The position numbers and the translations under genes were made by a program. This document shows, in pieces, positions 16,733 to 26,136 of a DNA stretch of 63,938 bases; within the stretch, counting starts at the first letter, position 1, and every line of letters starts with the position of its first letter. This DNA is from a virus (taxonomy: Duplodnaviria > Caudoviricetes), in IMG/VR virus record IMGVR_UViG_3300023174_000167, positions 1 to 63,938 of that record. One strand, given 5' to 3'. Under the pieces are notes generated by a model. It was not told where the DNA came from. It did not search any database and saw only the letters and a program-made list of their open reading frames with translations.

Positions 16733-17325
16733 ACAATCAACTTCTCTGGATCGCCAATAATAGCGGTATCCACAGTAGTCCAGAGTTGATATGACATTGA
16801 CGGACTTATCTTTGCATGAAAACCAGGTTTGTCAATCACGTATTTAAATCCACCCTTCTTAGACTCTTTTACACCCCATGTTCCATTATAGTCCAATTTG
16901 GAGGCTTCAAAGACAAATAAGTAGTAGGTCTTAGGATCAACCTTTTCTGGGATGCTAGACCAGTCTTCTGAGGCTTTTGCAAGGCATATGTAGAAATCTG
17001 CATGAGTATCTCCTATTGCTTCTACCATAGCTTCTATTGTGTCGTGCTTGCCTAATCTACTCCCCGAAAATTTTAGGGTTTTCTTTTTTGGATCATAAAT
17101 ACCCGATTTAATTGAGAATGAGTATCCTTCTTCCAGCGACAAGTCTTTTGATACCGTATGTGAGCGATTTGGCTTCCAGTCATTGGGATAACCATTTTCC
17201 TGCAAGGCTTCGGCTATAAGTTCTTCCAAAAATTCAGAAATCGCAGGTAGACGGTATATCATATGATGAAGCCGTAGCTTGCTCAAAAGAAAAAGCCTGA
17301 GCGTGTCTTTGATCTTTTCTACCAT
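16729..17325 (-). CDS. hypothetical protein, possible PD-(D/E)xK nuclease fold
   Basis: E...SKD...SIKS arrangement; weak. Confidence 0.55.
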   Translation of the reverse strand: MVEKIKDTLRLFLLSKLRLHHMIYRLPAISEFLEELIAEALQENGYPNDWKPNRSHTVSKDLSLEEGYSFSIKSGIYDPKKKTLKFSGSRLGKHDTIEAMVEAIGDTHADFYICLAKASEDWSSIPEKVDPKTYYLFVFEASKLDYNGTWGVKESKKGGFKYVIDKPGFHAKISPSMSYQLWTTVDTAIIGDPEKLIV

Positions 17326-17374
17326 ACATCAATTCTAGCGCATCAGGCTAAATCTGTCAAACTATAACGTTTTG

Positions 17375-17611
17375 TTATTCAGATATTGCTGCTTCAACTA
17401 CAGGTTCTTCTTTAGGAATTTCAACATATAAACCAACAAAGAATACTGCAAGGGTTTGTGCTTCCTTTTCAATTCTTCGTCTATTTAATGTTACAGTTGC
17501 TTCAACTTCATCAGCAGGTAACTTTTGTGCCATTGCATTTTCTGCAATATTTTTTAGCATCTGTACTTTAATTTTTTCCAGAATTGTATCTGTATCTACT
17601 TCAAATTTCAT
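17375..17611 (-). CDS. hypothetical protein
   Basis: Start moved to MKFEVDT (AAAGGTGG SD). Confidence 0.7.
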   Translation of the reverse strand: MKFEVDTDTILEKIKVQMLKNIAENAMAQKLPADEVEATVTLNRRRIEKEAQTLAVFFVGLYVEIPKEEPVVEAAISE

Positions 17612-17800
17612 ATTTCCACCTTTGATTGTTTTCCCATTTGGGTATACTTCATTATACACCAATACCCCGACATAGGGCTTCGTAAGAAGCATGGTTTGTC
17701 GTTATGTGGTTTGATAGCCTCTATTTCGGCGGACTTTTAGGCGGCGACTTATATCGGGCGAACTTTAATTATTTAAGTAGAATGATGATATAATCTAAGC

Positions 17801-18082
17801 ATGACTCAACATTCCCTTACCACGCTTAGCAGTTCTTCTGCTACCCGCTTGACTCCAATCGGACTTCACAGCGGATTAGATATTACTATTCAAAATACTG
17901 ATGGATCTGCTTATGTTTATATTGGTGGAGAAGGAGTTACTACCACTAATTATGGATACCGACTTGCCCCAGGTGCTGCTTGGTCAATTGAGCTTTCAGG
18001 GCATGATGCACTTTATGCTATTACAGACACTAATGGATCAAAAGTAGCAGTTCTCAAGACAAGCCTAGAGTCAGGAAACTAA
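17801..18082 (+). CDS. small beta-rich virion-associated protein, probably leaderless
   Basis: TGATATAAT 6 nt before ATG. Confidence 0.75.
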   Translation: MTQHSLTTLSSSSATRLTPIGLHSGLDITIQNTDGSAYVYIGGEGVTTTNYGYRLAPGAAWSIELSGHDALYAITDTNGSKVAVLKTSLESGN

Positions 18083-18084
18083 TA

Positions 18085-19368
18085 ATGGCACGGTTTACTA
18101 CCGCAGGTGGAGAAGGTTCTGGAGCACCTGGACCACAGGGACCAGCAGGATCTAATGGTGCAAACGGAGCGGATGCTCTTTGGAATTATACTGGAGAATA
18201 CAACGGTGGTTCATCATATGCCGTTGGAGATCTTGCAACATACGATGGACAACTTTGGTACCGTGCTAATGCAAACGGTGGAAATGTTGGAGATACACCA
18301 TCACAAGGATTTATTTGGAATTTGATTGCAGCAAAAGGTGCAGATGGTGCACAGGGAGATCCTGGAACACAAGGTTCTCCAGGACTTGTTTATTTAGGTG
18401 ATTTTATTGCAGGTAATGGATATGTTTCAAACCTTGCTGTTGTAAAAGGAAGCGATAACAATCTTTACATTGCAACATCAAGTGGTGGATTAGGAGATCC
18501 AGTTGGAAATAGTGCAGAGTGGAGCATATTCCTTCCAAAGGGTGTTGATGGAGAAGATGCAGTTCTTCCACAGGATTTAGGAACAACAGACAGCCCAACA
18601 TTTAGCAAGATTACACTTACAAGTAACGGGGCAATAGATAACATCACAATTGGTGATGATGTACTTATTGGTGATGGAAATATTGCAAACCACTTAGTAA
18701 TTGTTGGAAATCAAGATTCAACACAAGGTGGAATTGTTCTTGGTGACAATAAAACTGAACAAGTTTCATCAGATGGATCAAATCTTTCTTTAGATGCAAA
18801 CAATGACATTATTCTTAATCCAGGAAGCACATATGCCTATATTGGTACACCAACTATCGGTGGAGAAACAAGAATTGCTACTTGGGACTATGTGACAACA
18901 TCTGTTGGAACTGGTAGCAATGGAGAAGTCACAAGATGGACTCCAAACTTTACAGCAACTGGTTTAACATTTACTGGATCAGGTGCTACACATCCAACAT
19001 ATAATTCACATTATGTTAAGAATGGTCGTATGGTAAGTTTCTGGATTGCAATTGATCTTGCTACCGTTACAAATTTTGGTACTGGACAATATAAAACAGA
19101 ACTTCCATTTTCTCCACTAACTGGAACAATGAATCACTTCCAAGCATGGGCAAATGTTGATCCAGCAATTAATCCAGATATCGCAGGACACGTTGTTTTG
19201 CAAGCAGATCATTTAGCAGATACAGATGTTCTTGATTTACATTACTTAAAGCAAGCAGGTGGAGCAAATTCTCCATTAATGGAAGCACTTTTTGTTCAGG
19301 GTACTCCAGCAACTTTAACTACATCAAGCAAGATTTATATCAACGGTACTTACATAACTGCTGAGTAG
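18085..19368 (+). CDS. tail fibre/decoration protein with short collagen repeats and CBM-like repeats
   Basis: GPQGPAG repeats; YAVGDLATYDGQLWY. Confidence 0.75.
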   Translation: MARFTTAGGEGSGAPGPQGPAGSNGANGADALWNYTGEYNGGSSYAVGDLATYDGQLWYRANANGGNVGDTPSQGFIWNLIAAKGADGAQGDPGTQGSPGLVYLGDFIAGNGYVSNLAVVKGSDNNLYIATSSGGLGDPVGNSAEWSIFLPKGVDGEDAVLPQDLGTTDSPTFSKITLTSNGAIDNITIGDDVLIGDGNIANHLVIVGNQDSTQGGIVLGDNKTEQVSSDGSNLSLDANNDIILNPGSTYAYIGTPTIGGETRIATWDYVTTSVGTGSNGEVTRWTPNFTATGLTFTGSGATHPTYNSHYVKNGRMVSFWIAIDLATVTNFGTGQYKTELPFSPLTGTMNHFQAWANVDPAINPDIAGHVVLQADHLADTDVLDLHYLKQAGGANSPLMEALFVQGTPATLTTSSKIYINGTYITAE

Positions 19369-19394
19369 TCTCAAATAATGGTATAATAAATCTT

Positions 19395-19607
19395 ATGACT
19401 CCACAAGACTGGGCTGCATTTATTCTTACAGTACTCACCATAGGTGGAGTTCTAGTAGGCGTTATTAAATTTCTTATTAAACACTACCTTAGCGAACTTA
19501 AGCCAAATTCTGGATCATCGCTAAAAGACTCTGTTAATCGCTTAGAAGAAAAAACTGACAAGATGTTTGATCTTTTGATTGAACATATCAAAGATCATAA
19601 TAAATAA
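19395..19607 (+). CDS. single-TM membrane protein (holin-like/lysis accessory)
   Basis: N-terminal TM helix, then ELKPNSGSSLKDSVNRLE coiled coil. Confidence 0.65.
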   Translation: MTPQDWAAFILTVLTIGGVLVGVIKFLIKHYLSELKPNSGSSLKDSVNRLEEKTDKMFDLLIEHIKDHNK

Positions 19608-19899
19608 CTACTATATATAATATATAAGATATCTTAAAAACCTTATTAGTTAGTTATTCTTTTCTTTATATATTTTAAGTATACACTATCAATACCCTGG
19701 CCTATTAGGATAAATCGGACATTTAGGAATATTACTACTATAACAATTTTGTAACAATTAAATATATAACAAAAGTTTATATACTCTGGGTATTTTTAAT
19801 AATATAATGTATAATCATACTGATTGGCCTCTAGGTTGCTCTCTACCCACCCCACTGCCCCTAGAGGTCAATCCCATTTATTATGGTATAATCAATCAT

Positions 19900-20295
19900 A
19901 TGTGCTCACCTACAATAGAAAAATTTGGGGCCACCCCAGCAAATATACAATGGACTGTTGTTCGTGGTGATTCTGCTTCATTCACCGTATCTCTTCTTGA
20001 AAATGATGAAGTTACAGAGTTTGATACAGAAGGATGGACATACTCTGCAACAGCCTATGATCCAACCTCAGACGTTTTAGATGACCTTCCAGTAACAATA
20101 GATGGAAGTGTTATTACTGTTACAGCTCCCGCAGAAGTTACAGCAAACTGGGGAACAAAATACAAGTCAGTAGTTGCAGAACTTTCATTTGACTTACAAG
20201 CAAAAGTTCCAGATGGTGGTTCAACAATAACCTGGACTCCAGTAATCGGAACCATATGTGTTCTTGGAGACATTACTCCAGTAGGTAGTTTATGA
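19900..20295 (+). CDS. BppU-N-like virion protein, paralogue of 25463..25867
   Basis: WTVVRGD motif shared; start moved to MCSPTIE, 7 nt after TGGTATAAT. Confidence 0.7.
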   Translation: MCSPTIEKFGATPANIQWTVVRGDSASFTVSLLENDEVTEFDTEGWTYSATAYDPTSDVLDDLPVTIDGSVITVTAPAEVTANWGTKYKSVVAELSFDLQAKVPDGGSTITWTPVIGTICVLGDITPVGSL

Positions 20296-20382
20296 TAATT
20301 AAAATTAAAGACACTAACCCTAAACTGCCTCCAATTATTAAAATAAATGGTACAGTATTTAAAGTAAAGAAGTAGCAATCTA

Positions 20383-21096
20383 ATGGCTGTGTCTAAAAAC
20401 ATGGATTCGCCAATCAAAAAATCTAATTATGCTTCTAAAGTAGAACAATCACAAGAATCAACTTTATCTTTTCTTCCAGTTCCTGGGCCACAAGGTGAAA
20501 AAGGACCTAAAGGAGAAACTGGACCACAAGGATTGCAAGGTATCCAAGGTGAAAAAGGTGACAAAGGAGATCCTGGCAAAAATGGAAAAAATGGTTTAGA
20601 TGGAAAAAGTATTTTATCTCCTTCAGAACAGATGATTGGTTGGGGGTATTATGAAAATGATAATTTTAAAGAACAAAGAACTGGAATAGATAAAGGCGAA
20701 GACGGATGGGTAAATCTTGTGCTAAGGGGTATTTCTAATAATTCCAATGAAAAATATTTACCAAAAGGAAATGTATCTTTATGGAATAAAACAACCCAAA
20801 AATTAAATCTTAAAACTCTTAACACTGGTTCTATTGTAACAATTTGTTATAATATATCTTTAACAACTTATATGACAAATACTGAGGTTTGGTTTAAAAC
20901 ATTTTTAAATGATGACAATATTTCTCCGATATCTTATGTTGGTAATTTAAAATACCAGTATGATTATGATTTTTCTGTTCAGCAAACTATTTTTGTCGGG
21001 GATGAAAAAATACAATATTTTGGAGCAATACCCCAAATAAGAACAGATAATCCTTGTGAGGCAATACTTAAATCCCTATATGTTTATGTATCTTAA
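20383..21096 (+). CDS. collagen triple-helix repeat protein
   Basis: About 13 Gly-X-Y triplets. Confidence 0.8.
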   Translation: MAVSKNMDSPIKKSNYASKVEQSQESTLSFLPVPGPQGEKGPKGETGPQGLQGIQGEKGDKGDPGKNGKNGLDGKSILSPSEQMIGWGYYENDNFKEQRTGIDKGEDGWVNLVLRGISNNSNEKYLPKGNVSLWNKTTQKLNLKTLNTGSIVTICYNISLTTYMTNTEVWFKTFLNDDNISPISYVGNLKYQYDYDFSVQQTIFVGDEKIQYFGAIPQIRTDNPCEAILKSLYVYVS

Positions 21097-21158
21097 TATA
21101 TGCTATAATACATTAATAGGGCTAACCACCCTTAATATTACCAAACAAGGAGTAATTT

Positions 21159-21473
21159 ATGGCAAATTATGCGGTAATTGATAACGGAACAGTTATTAAT
21201 GCAATTGTGGCAGACTCAAAAGAGATCGCCGAAGAAATTACAGGCAAGACCTGTCTTGAATATACAGAAAAAAATCCAATGGGTATTAATTGGTTTTGGC
21301 ACAATGAAGCAAATGCTTATATCCCACCAGCTAACTACCCGTCATGGATATATAATGTAACAGTAAAAGCTTGGGAAGCTCCAGTACCTATGCCAACAGA
21401 AGAAGGCAAGGGTTTTGAATGGAATGAAGAAACCGAATCTTGGGACTCATTTAATCTACCTCTAGAAGAGTAA
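21159..21473 (+). CDS. tail-fibre-associated hypothetical protein
   Basis: MANYAVI...VINAIVAD, YPSW...WEAPVPMP; AAGGAG SD. Confidence 0.75.
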   Translation: MANYAVIDNGTVINAIVADSKEIAEEITGKTCLEYTEKNPMGINWFWHNEANAYIPPANYPSWIYNVTVKAWEAPVPMPTEEGKGFEWNEETESWDSFNLPLEE

Positions 21474-21477
21474 TTAA

Positions 21478-22440
21478 ATGGCAACCACAATATTTCCAGA
21501 AGTAACTACTAGTTCACAAAGTACTGTAGCAAATTCAATTACAGCAGCAGCTGCAAATACAATATACGTTGGAACAGTTTCTTTATCTGCGGGTATATAC
21601 ACAATAACCTGTATTAGTTCAACAATTGCAGTATTATCATTTTTTGACTCAAGTGATAATTATATTGGCCAAACTAAAACATCATCTGGAACTGTAACAT
21701 ATAATCTTGCTACTGCTGCATCAAAAATTAGATATTCTATAGATACTGGAACAAATATTATTATTTCAGTTCAGCTAACAGGAAACTCTGTTGTTTCAAA
21801 TAGCACAAGCGGAACACTTGACACAATTACTTCATCGCAAACATATAATCAAACAGGAAGGTTTTATGTTGTTGCTATCGGCGGAGGTGGAGGAGGAGCT
21901 TCTGGGCGAGGTCCATCAGGAGCTAACTATGGTGGTGGCGGTGGATTTGCGGGAACAATAACTGAAAAATGGACAAATACAAATACAGCAACATCCATAA
22001 CAATTGGTGCAGCAGGAAATGGTGGAGGACCAAGTTTAACAAATAACTCTGGTGGTTTTGTTGGTAATGCTGGAGGACAAACATCTTTTGGGAATGCAGT
22101 AGTTGCTTCTGGTGGTGCTGGAGGTTTAATTGCACAAACTACACCATCAAATCCTGGAGCAGATGGAAATGCTGTAAGTTTATATTCTAATATTGTAATT
22201 AATCAGGGAAGTACTGGAAATGGCGGGGCTGGACACGCAGGAAACTTTGCTGGAGCAGGAGGCGGAAGTGGAACTCCTGGAAAAGGCGGAGGTGGTGGTA
22301 GCCCTAATACTCATAATGGCTCTGCTGCTACAGGATACGGTTCTGGCGGTGGTGGCGGTGGTGGAAATGTTAATGGTATTTCTGTAACTGGCGGTGCAGG
22401 ATCTGCTGGAATAGTTTATGTATTAAGAGGAGCATCATAA
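21478..22440 (+). CDS. glycine-rich virion protein
   Basis: IGGGGGG...GGAGSAGIVYV. Confidence 0.8.
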   Translation: MATTIFPEVTTSSQSTVANSITAAAANTIYVGTVSLSAGIYTITCISSTIAVLSFFDSSDNYIGQTKTSSGTVTYNLATAASKIRYSIDTGTNIIISVQLTGNSVVSNSTSGTLDTITSSQTYNQTGRFYVVAIGGGGGGASGRGPSGANYGGGGGFAGTITEKWTNTNTATSITIGAAGNGGGPSLTNNSGGFVGNAGGQTSFGNAVVASGGAGGLIAQTTPSNPGADGNAVSLYSNIVINQGSTGNGGAGHAGNFAGAGGGSGTPGKGGGGGSPNTHNGSAATGYGSGGGGGGGNVNGISVTGGAGSAGIVYVLRGAS

Positions 22441-22441
22441 A

Positions 22442-23167
22442 ATGGCCACAACAGTTTTTCCAGTAGCGGGATCATCATCAATTCCACAACTTAGACATAC
22501 AGTAACTAATAGCCAAACCATAACAACAAATAATAGTGGTGGTTTTACTGGGTATGCAGTTGTTATTGGCGCAGGTGGCGGCGGTGCAGGTGGAGGTGGA
22601 AATACAGGTGGCGGCGGCGGAGGCGGCGGTCAAGGGTATATGTATCCTATAGCAAGTCTTGATGCAAATATTGTTGTAGTTATTGGAGCAGGTGGCGCTG
22701 CTGGAACTTATAATGGAAGTAATGGAAATGCGGGCAGTGCAGGAGGATTTTCAAGTGCTGCAGGAATGATTTCAAACGGTGGTAATGGTGGTAATGGAGG
22801 TGGCAATACTGCAGGTAATACAACAGGTGGAAATGGTGGATCTGGCGGTTCAGGAGGAGGCTCTGGAGGTGGTAGCAATAATAGTGGCTATGCAGGTGGA
22901 AATTCTGGACGTGATGGATATCCTATAGCAGGTGGTGGTGGTAGCGGAACAGTAGGAGCACATCTTTCAGGTGGCGGCGGTGGTGGTGGAAGAGGATACT
23001 CTGGCGCTGGTGGTGGTACTGCAGGAGCAGCAAATACTTTTGGTGGAGCAGGTGGTAATGGTGGTGGAGTAGGCGCAGCAGGAACTTTAGGTGGCGGTGG
23101 CGGTGGCGGCGAACGTGCTGCCGCTGGCGGCGCTGGCGCATCAGGAATTGTTTATATTTATTATTAA
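22442..23167 (+). CDS. glycine-rich virion protein
   Basis: IGAGGGG...GGAGASGIVYIYY. Confidence 0.8.
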   Translation: MATTVFPVAGSSSIPQLRHTVTNSQTITTNNSGGFTGYAVVIGAGGGGAGGGGNTGGGGGGGGQGYMYPIASLDANIVVVIGAGGAAGTYNGSNGNAGSAGGFSSAAGMISNGGNGGNGGGNTAGNTTGGNGGSGGSGGGSGGGSNNSGYAGGNSGRDGYPIAGGGGSGTVGAHLSGGGGGGGRGYSGAGGGTAGAANTFGGAGGNGGGVGAAGTLGGGGGGGERAAAGGAGASGIVYIYY

Positions 23168-23170
23168 AAA

Positions 23171-23338
23171 ATGAAATTATTTGCAATTATAAAAGATGAC
23201 ATTGTAACGGATGGTTGGTTTGCAGAATCTTATGAAGAAGCTGTAAGTGATAATCCAGAATCAACGGTAGTTGAAGTTACACTAGAAAGTGGAACTTGGA
23301 CTATTGGGGATAAGTATAATAAAAAAATTAGTGTATAA
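23171..23338 (+). CDS. small hypothetical protein
   Basis: MKLFAIIKDDIVTDGWFAES...; hand-translated. Confidence 0.6.
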   Translation: MKLFAIIKDDIVTDGWFAESYEEAVSDNPESTVVEVTLESGTWTIGDKYNKKISV

Positions 23339-23399
23339 TAGCACTATAAGTGATCCACGATAAAAGCGGGGACACGACTAATAGAAAAGGTAGAAATAA

Positions 23400-23702
23400 A
23401 TGGCTACAACAACTAAGGCGCTTGCTCGTGCAGCAGCAGCAACAACCTCAACAACACTTTATACAGTTCCAGCTTCAACAACTGCGGTAGTTACAAATAT
23501 CGTAGTTACAAATACAGCAGCCTCATCAGCAACATTTACAATTAAGCTTGATGGAGTAGACCTAGTTTCAGGTTCAACTCTTGCTGCTAACTCATCAGCA
23601 TTTTTTGACCTAAAACAGGTACTTGCTACAACTAAAATTATTGCGGGATTCGCATCAGCTACAACTGTAAACTTTCATATTTCAGGCGTAGAAATAGCAT
23701 AA
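23400..23702 (+). CDS. small beta-sandwich virion protein (LYTVPASTTAVV)
   Basis: 100-aa ORF with SD. Confidence 0.8.
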   Translation: MATTTKALARAAAATTSTTLYTVPASTTAVVTNIVVTNTAASSATFTIKLDGVDLVSGSTLAANSSAFFDLKQVLATTKIIAGFASATTVNFHISGVEIA

Positions 23703-23724
23703 TAGTAAGATAAAGGAGTAAATA

Positions 23725-24699
23725 ATGGCTCTAAATGTGTTTCCAGTAGCAAGCTCATCTTCATCATCAAGCACAATTGCTAAAACTGTTATTGCCGCAA
23801 GCGCAAATACAATATATGGCGCTAGTGCATCTCTTGCTGCTGGAACTTATACAGTTACATGTGTAAGTTCTACTAATACAGAAATTACATTTTGGTCAGG
23901 TTCCTCAAAAATAACTACAGCAACTACCGTTTCAGGATCAGTATCAGTTAATCTTGCAAGCGCTGCAACTAGAGTTACTTATTGGACAAATACAGGTTCT
24001 TCTATTGTTATCAATATTCAGTTAACTGGAGAGCCATTGACTTATGCTGCAAGTGGAACACTTGATACAATTACAACATCAAGATCTCCGTATACAAGAA
24101 CAGGTACTGCATATGTTGTGGTAGTTGGAGGTGGAGGTGGAGGTGGTCCATCTTGGGCTAACGCAAGAGGACCTGGCGGTGGTGGTTCAGGTGGAGTGGC
24201 ATCTGGTGTAGTTTATCTTAATGGCACAGACAATATTGTTATTGGCGCAGGTGGTAATGGTGGAATTTTTAATGCTAGCAACACTCAGGGAGCTACCCAA
24301 GGAAATTCTGGTGGAACTTCTTCAATAGGAAATATTTCTGCTACTGGCGGAGGTGCTGGAGGAGGTTCTTGGAATACTTCAGCAGGTGGTGGTGGTGGAG
24401 GTGGAACACCTGGTGGTGGAGCAGGAGGAAATGGTTCAGCAAATACAGGTGGTGCATATAGCGCAGGTGGAAATGCTGGCACAGCAAGTAGTGCTCCAAC
24501 ATATACATTTGTTAAAAGTGGAACTACTGGCGGTGGCGGCGGTGGCGGAACTGGTGCAGGTGGAGGTTCAGGTATAGGAACTGGCGGTTCTGGCTCTGGA
24601 GGAGGAACAGGTTATGGATCTGGTGGAGGTGCTCACGGATGGGATACCTATAGTGGTGCAGGAGCACAAGGCGTAGTTTATGTTTTATATGATGTTTGA
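23725..24699 (+). CDS. glycine-rich virion protein, paralogue of 21478..22440
   Basis: Shared ANTIY...YTVTC..ST and SGTLDTIT segments. Confidence 0.8.
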   Translation: MALNVFPVASSSSSSSTIAKTVIAASANTIYGASASLAAGTYTVTCVSSTNTEITFWSGSSKITTATTVSGSVSVNLASAATRVTYWTNTGSSIVINIQLTGEPLTYAASGTLDTITTSRSPYTRTGTAYVVVVGGGGGGGPSWANARGPGGGGSGGVASGVVYLNGTDNIVIGAGGNGGIFNASNTQGATQGNSGGTSSIGNISATGGGAGGGSWNTSAGGGGGGGTPGGGAGGNGSANTGGAYSAGGNAGTASSAPTYTFVKSGTTGGGGGGGTGAGGGSGIGTGGSGSGGGTGYGSGGGAHGWDTYSGAGAQGVVYVLYDV

Positions 24700-24705
24700 T
24701 TAATA

Positions 24706-24750
24706 AAAAAAATACCCCCAAGGCATATAGCCAAGGGGGATTTTTTATTT
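24706..24750. terminator. bidirectional intrinsic terminator
   Basis: A-tract, CCCCCAAGGC/GCCAAGGGGG imperfect stem, T-tract, between convergent genes. Confidence 0.7.
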
Positions 24751-24754
24751 GTAT

Positions 24755-25300
24755 TTAAATGTTATGTGGGAACTTCTTCATCCACATCTTGGTTTTGGCT
24801 GTTATGCCGTGCCAAGCAGACCAGTTCTTACCACCGTTGCTCATATGGTATGCAATTTTTGCATTAATGACTGGATTCAATAGATCAGAATTTGTTCTAA
24901 GGTTAAACTTATCACGACGTTCTGGACCTAGATCACTAATCATATTAATCTGAAATAACCCATAAGAGTTATCTCCTGTTTTTTTGTTTCCATTAAATCT
25001 AATTGGTTGTCCATTAGATTCTTTTTTTGCTACTGCCCAGGCCTCTTGCAAGTCCCGTCCTTTAAACCCTACTGCCTTTAGAACTAACACCAAATCCTTG
25101 TCTGAAAGAGTTGCTGCATTTTCATACTTTTTTAGTATTTTTGCCTTAGAAACCAAAAAAACCGCTTTAGGGGCGGTAGATTCTTTTAAGACAGACTTAC
25201 TTAGTAAATTATTCTTGGTAGATGCATTTGCATTATTTGCAAAAATAGCAGATGTAACCACCAACAACATTACCCCAAACCACACTTTTGTTTCTCTCAT
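24755..25300 (-). CDS. secreted lysozyme-like / SLT lytic transglycosylase
   Basis: Signal peptide; KESNG...DNSYGLFQIN...NAKIA...WSAW. Confidence 0.85.
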   Translation of the reverse strand: MRETKVWFGVMLLVVTSAIFANNANASTKNNLLSKSVLKESTAPKAVFLVSKAKILKKYENAATLSDKDLVLVLKAVGFKGRDLQEAWAVAKKESNGQPIRFNGNKKTGDNSYGLFQINMISDLGPERRDKFNLRTNSDLLNPVINAKIAYHMSNGGKNWSAWHGITAKTKMWMKKFPHNI

Positions 25301-25462
25301 AGTTTTTACCTCCTAAGAAACGAATGAGACCTTTTTGGTCTCATAATCTAGTATAACACAATCTACTACCCAGTACAACTTTAATGTCCGAATTGTCCGT
25401 TATAATTATAACTTTTTTATAACAAAATATATTATTACTTATTATGATATAATAAAAGAACT

Positions 25463-25867
25463 ATGGCTACATATAGAGGGCAAGAAATCAAAGATGCTTA
25501 TGATGTTGGTTTAAGACCACCAATCGTTAGTTGGACTGTTGTTAGAGGCGATACCGCTGCATTTAGAGTTTATACAACAGATGATAATAAAGATCCATTA
25601 ACTATTGCTGACTGGAATATTCTTTGTGAATTCCGCCGTCCAGATAAAGCAGGAGATTTTACACAAGATTCAGCAGGAACTATTTTTACTATTGTTCCTG
25701 CTCCAACAGTAAATGACGGTGTAGGAGAATTTACAGTTTCTTTAACTGCTGCACAAACAGTTCAACTTCAAACAGGAGATGTTTTTGATGTTGAATTAAG
25801 TGATGCAGATAGAGTCTGGACAGTTTGCCAGGGTAAAATGATAATTATTGAGGATGTAACTGACTAA
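25463..25867 (+). CDS. BppU-N-like virion protein
   Basis: WTVVRGD, VSLTAAQT, FDVEL...WTVCQG. Confidence 0.75.
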   Translation: MATYRGQEIKDAYDVGLRPPIVSWTVVRGDTAAFRVYTTDDNKDPLTIADWNILCEFRRPDKAGDFTQDSAGTIFTIVPAPTVNDGVGEFTVSLTAAQTVQLQTGDVFDVELSDADRVWTVCQGKMIIIEDVTD

Positions 25868-26091
25868 TGGCAACTGCTGTAATTATTGATGATTACAGAA
25901 ATAGAACTACAATACCAACTGCCGTAAATCATCCAATAACACAAATAAAATATTCTGCACCTTTAACGGTAATTAACTCAATACTTCCGTTTAGAGTCAG
26001 ATTTACTACTATTGGGATTGAAGGATATTCTCCTAATAATCCCCCAGGAATTGGTATCCAGGTTATTGGATATTCTAACTGGATTATCTAA
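25867..26091 (+). CDS. hypothetical protein (PPGIGIQVIG)
   Basis: 74-aa ORF coupled to upstream gene. Confidence 0.7.
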   Translation: MATAVIIDDYRNRTTIPTAVNHPITQIKYSAPLTVINSILPFRVRFTTIGIEGYSPNNPPGIGIQVIGYSNWII

Positions 26092-26136
26092 TAATCTGAT
26101 ATAATTCATTTATAAACCCGAAAAGGAGCAAATCAA

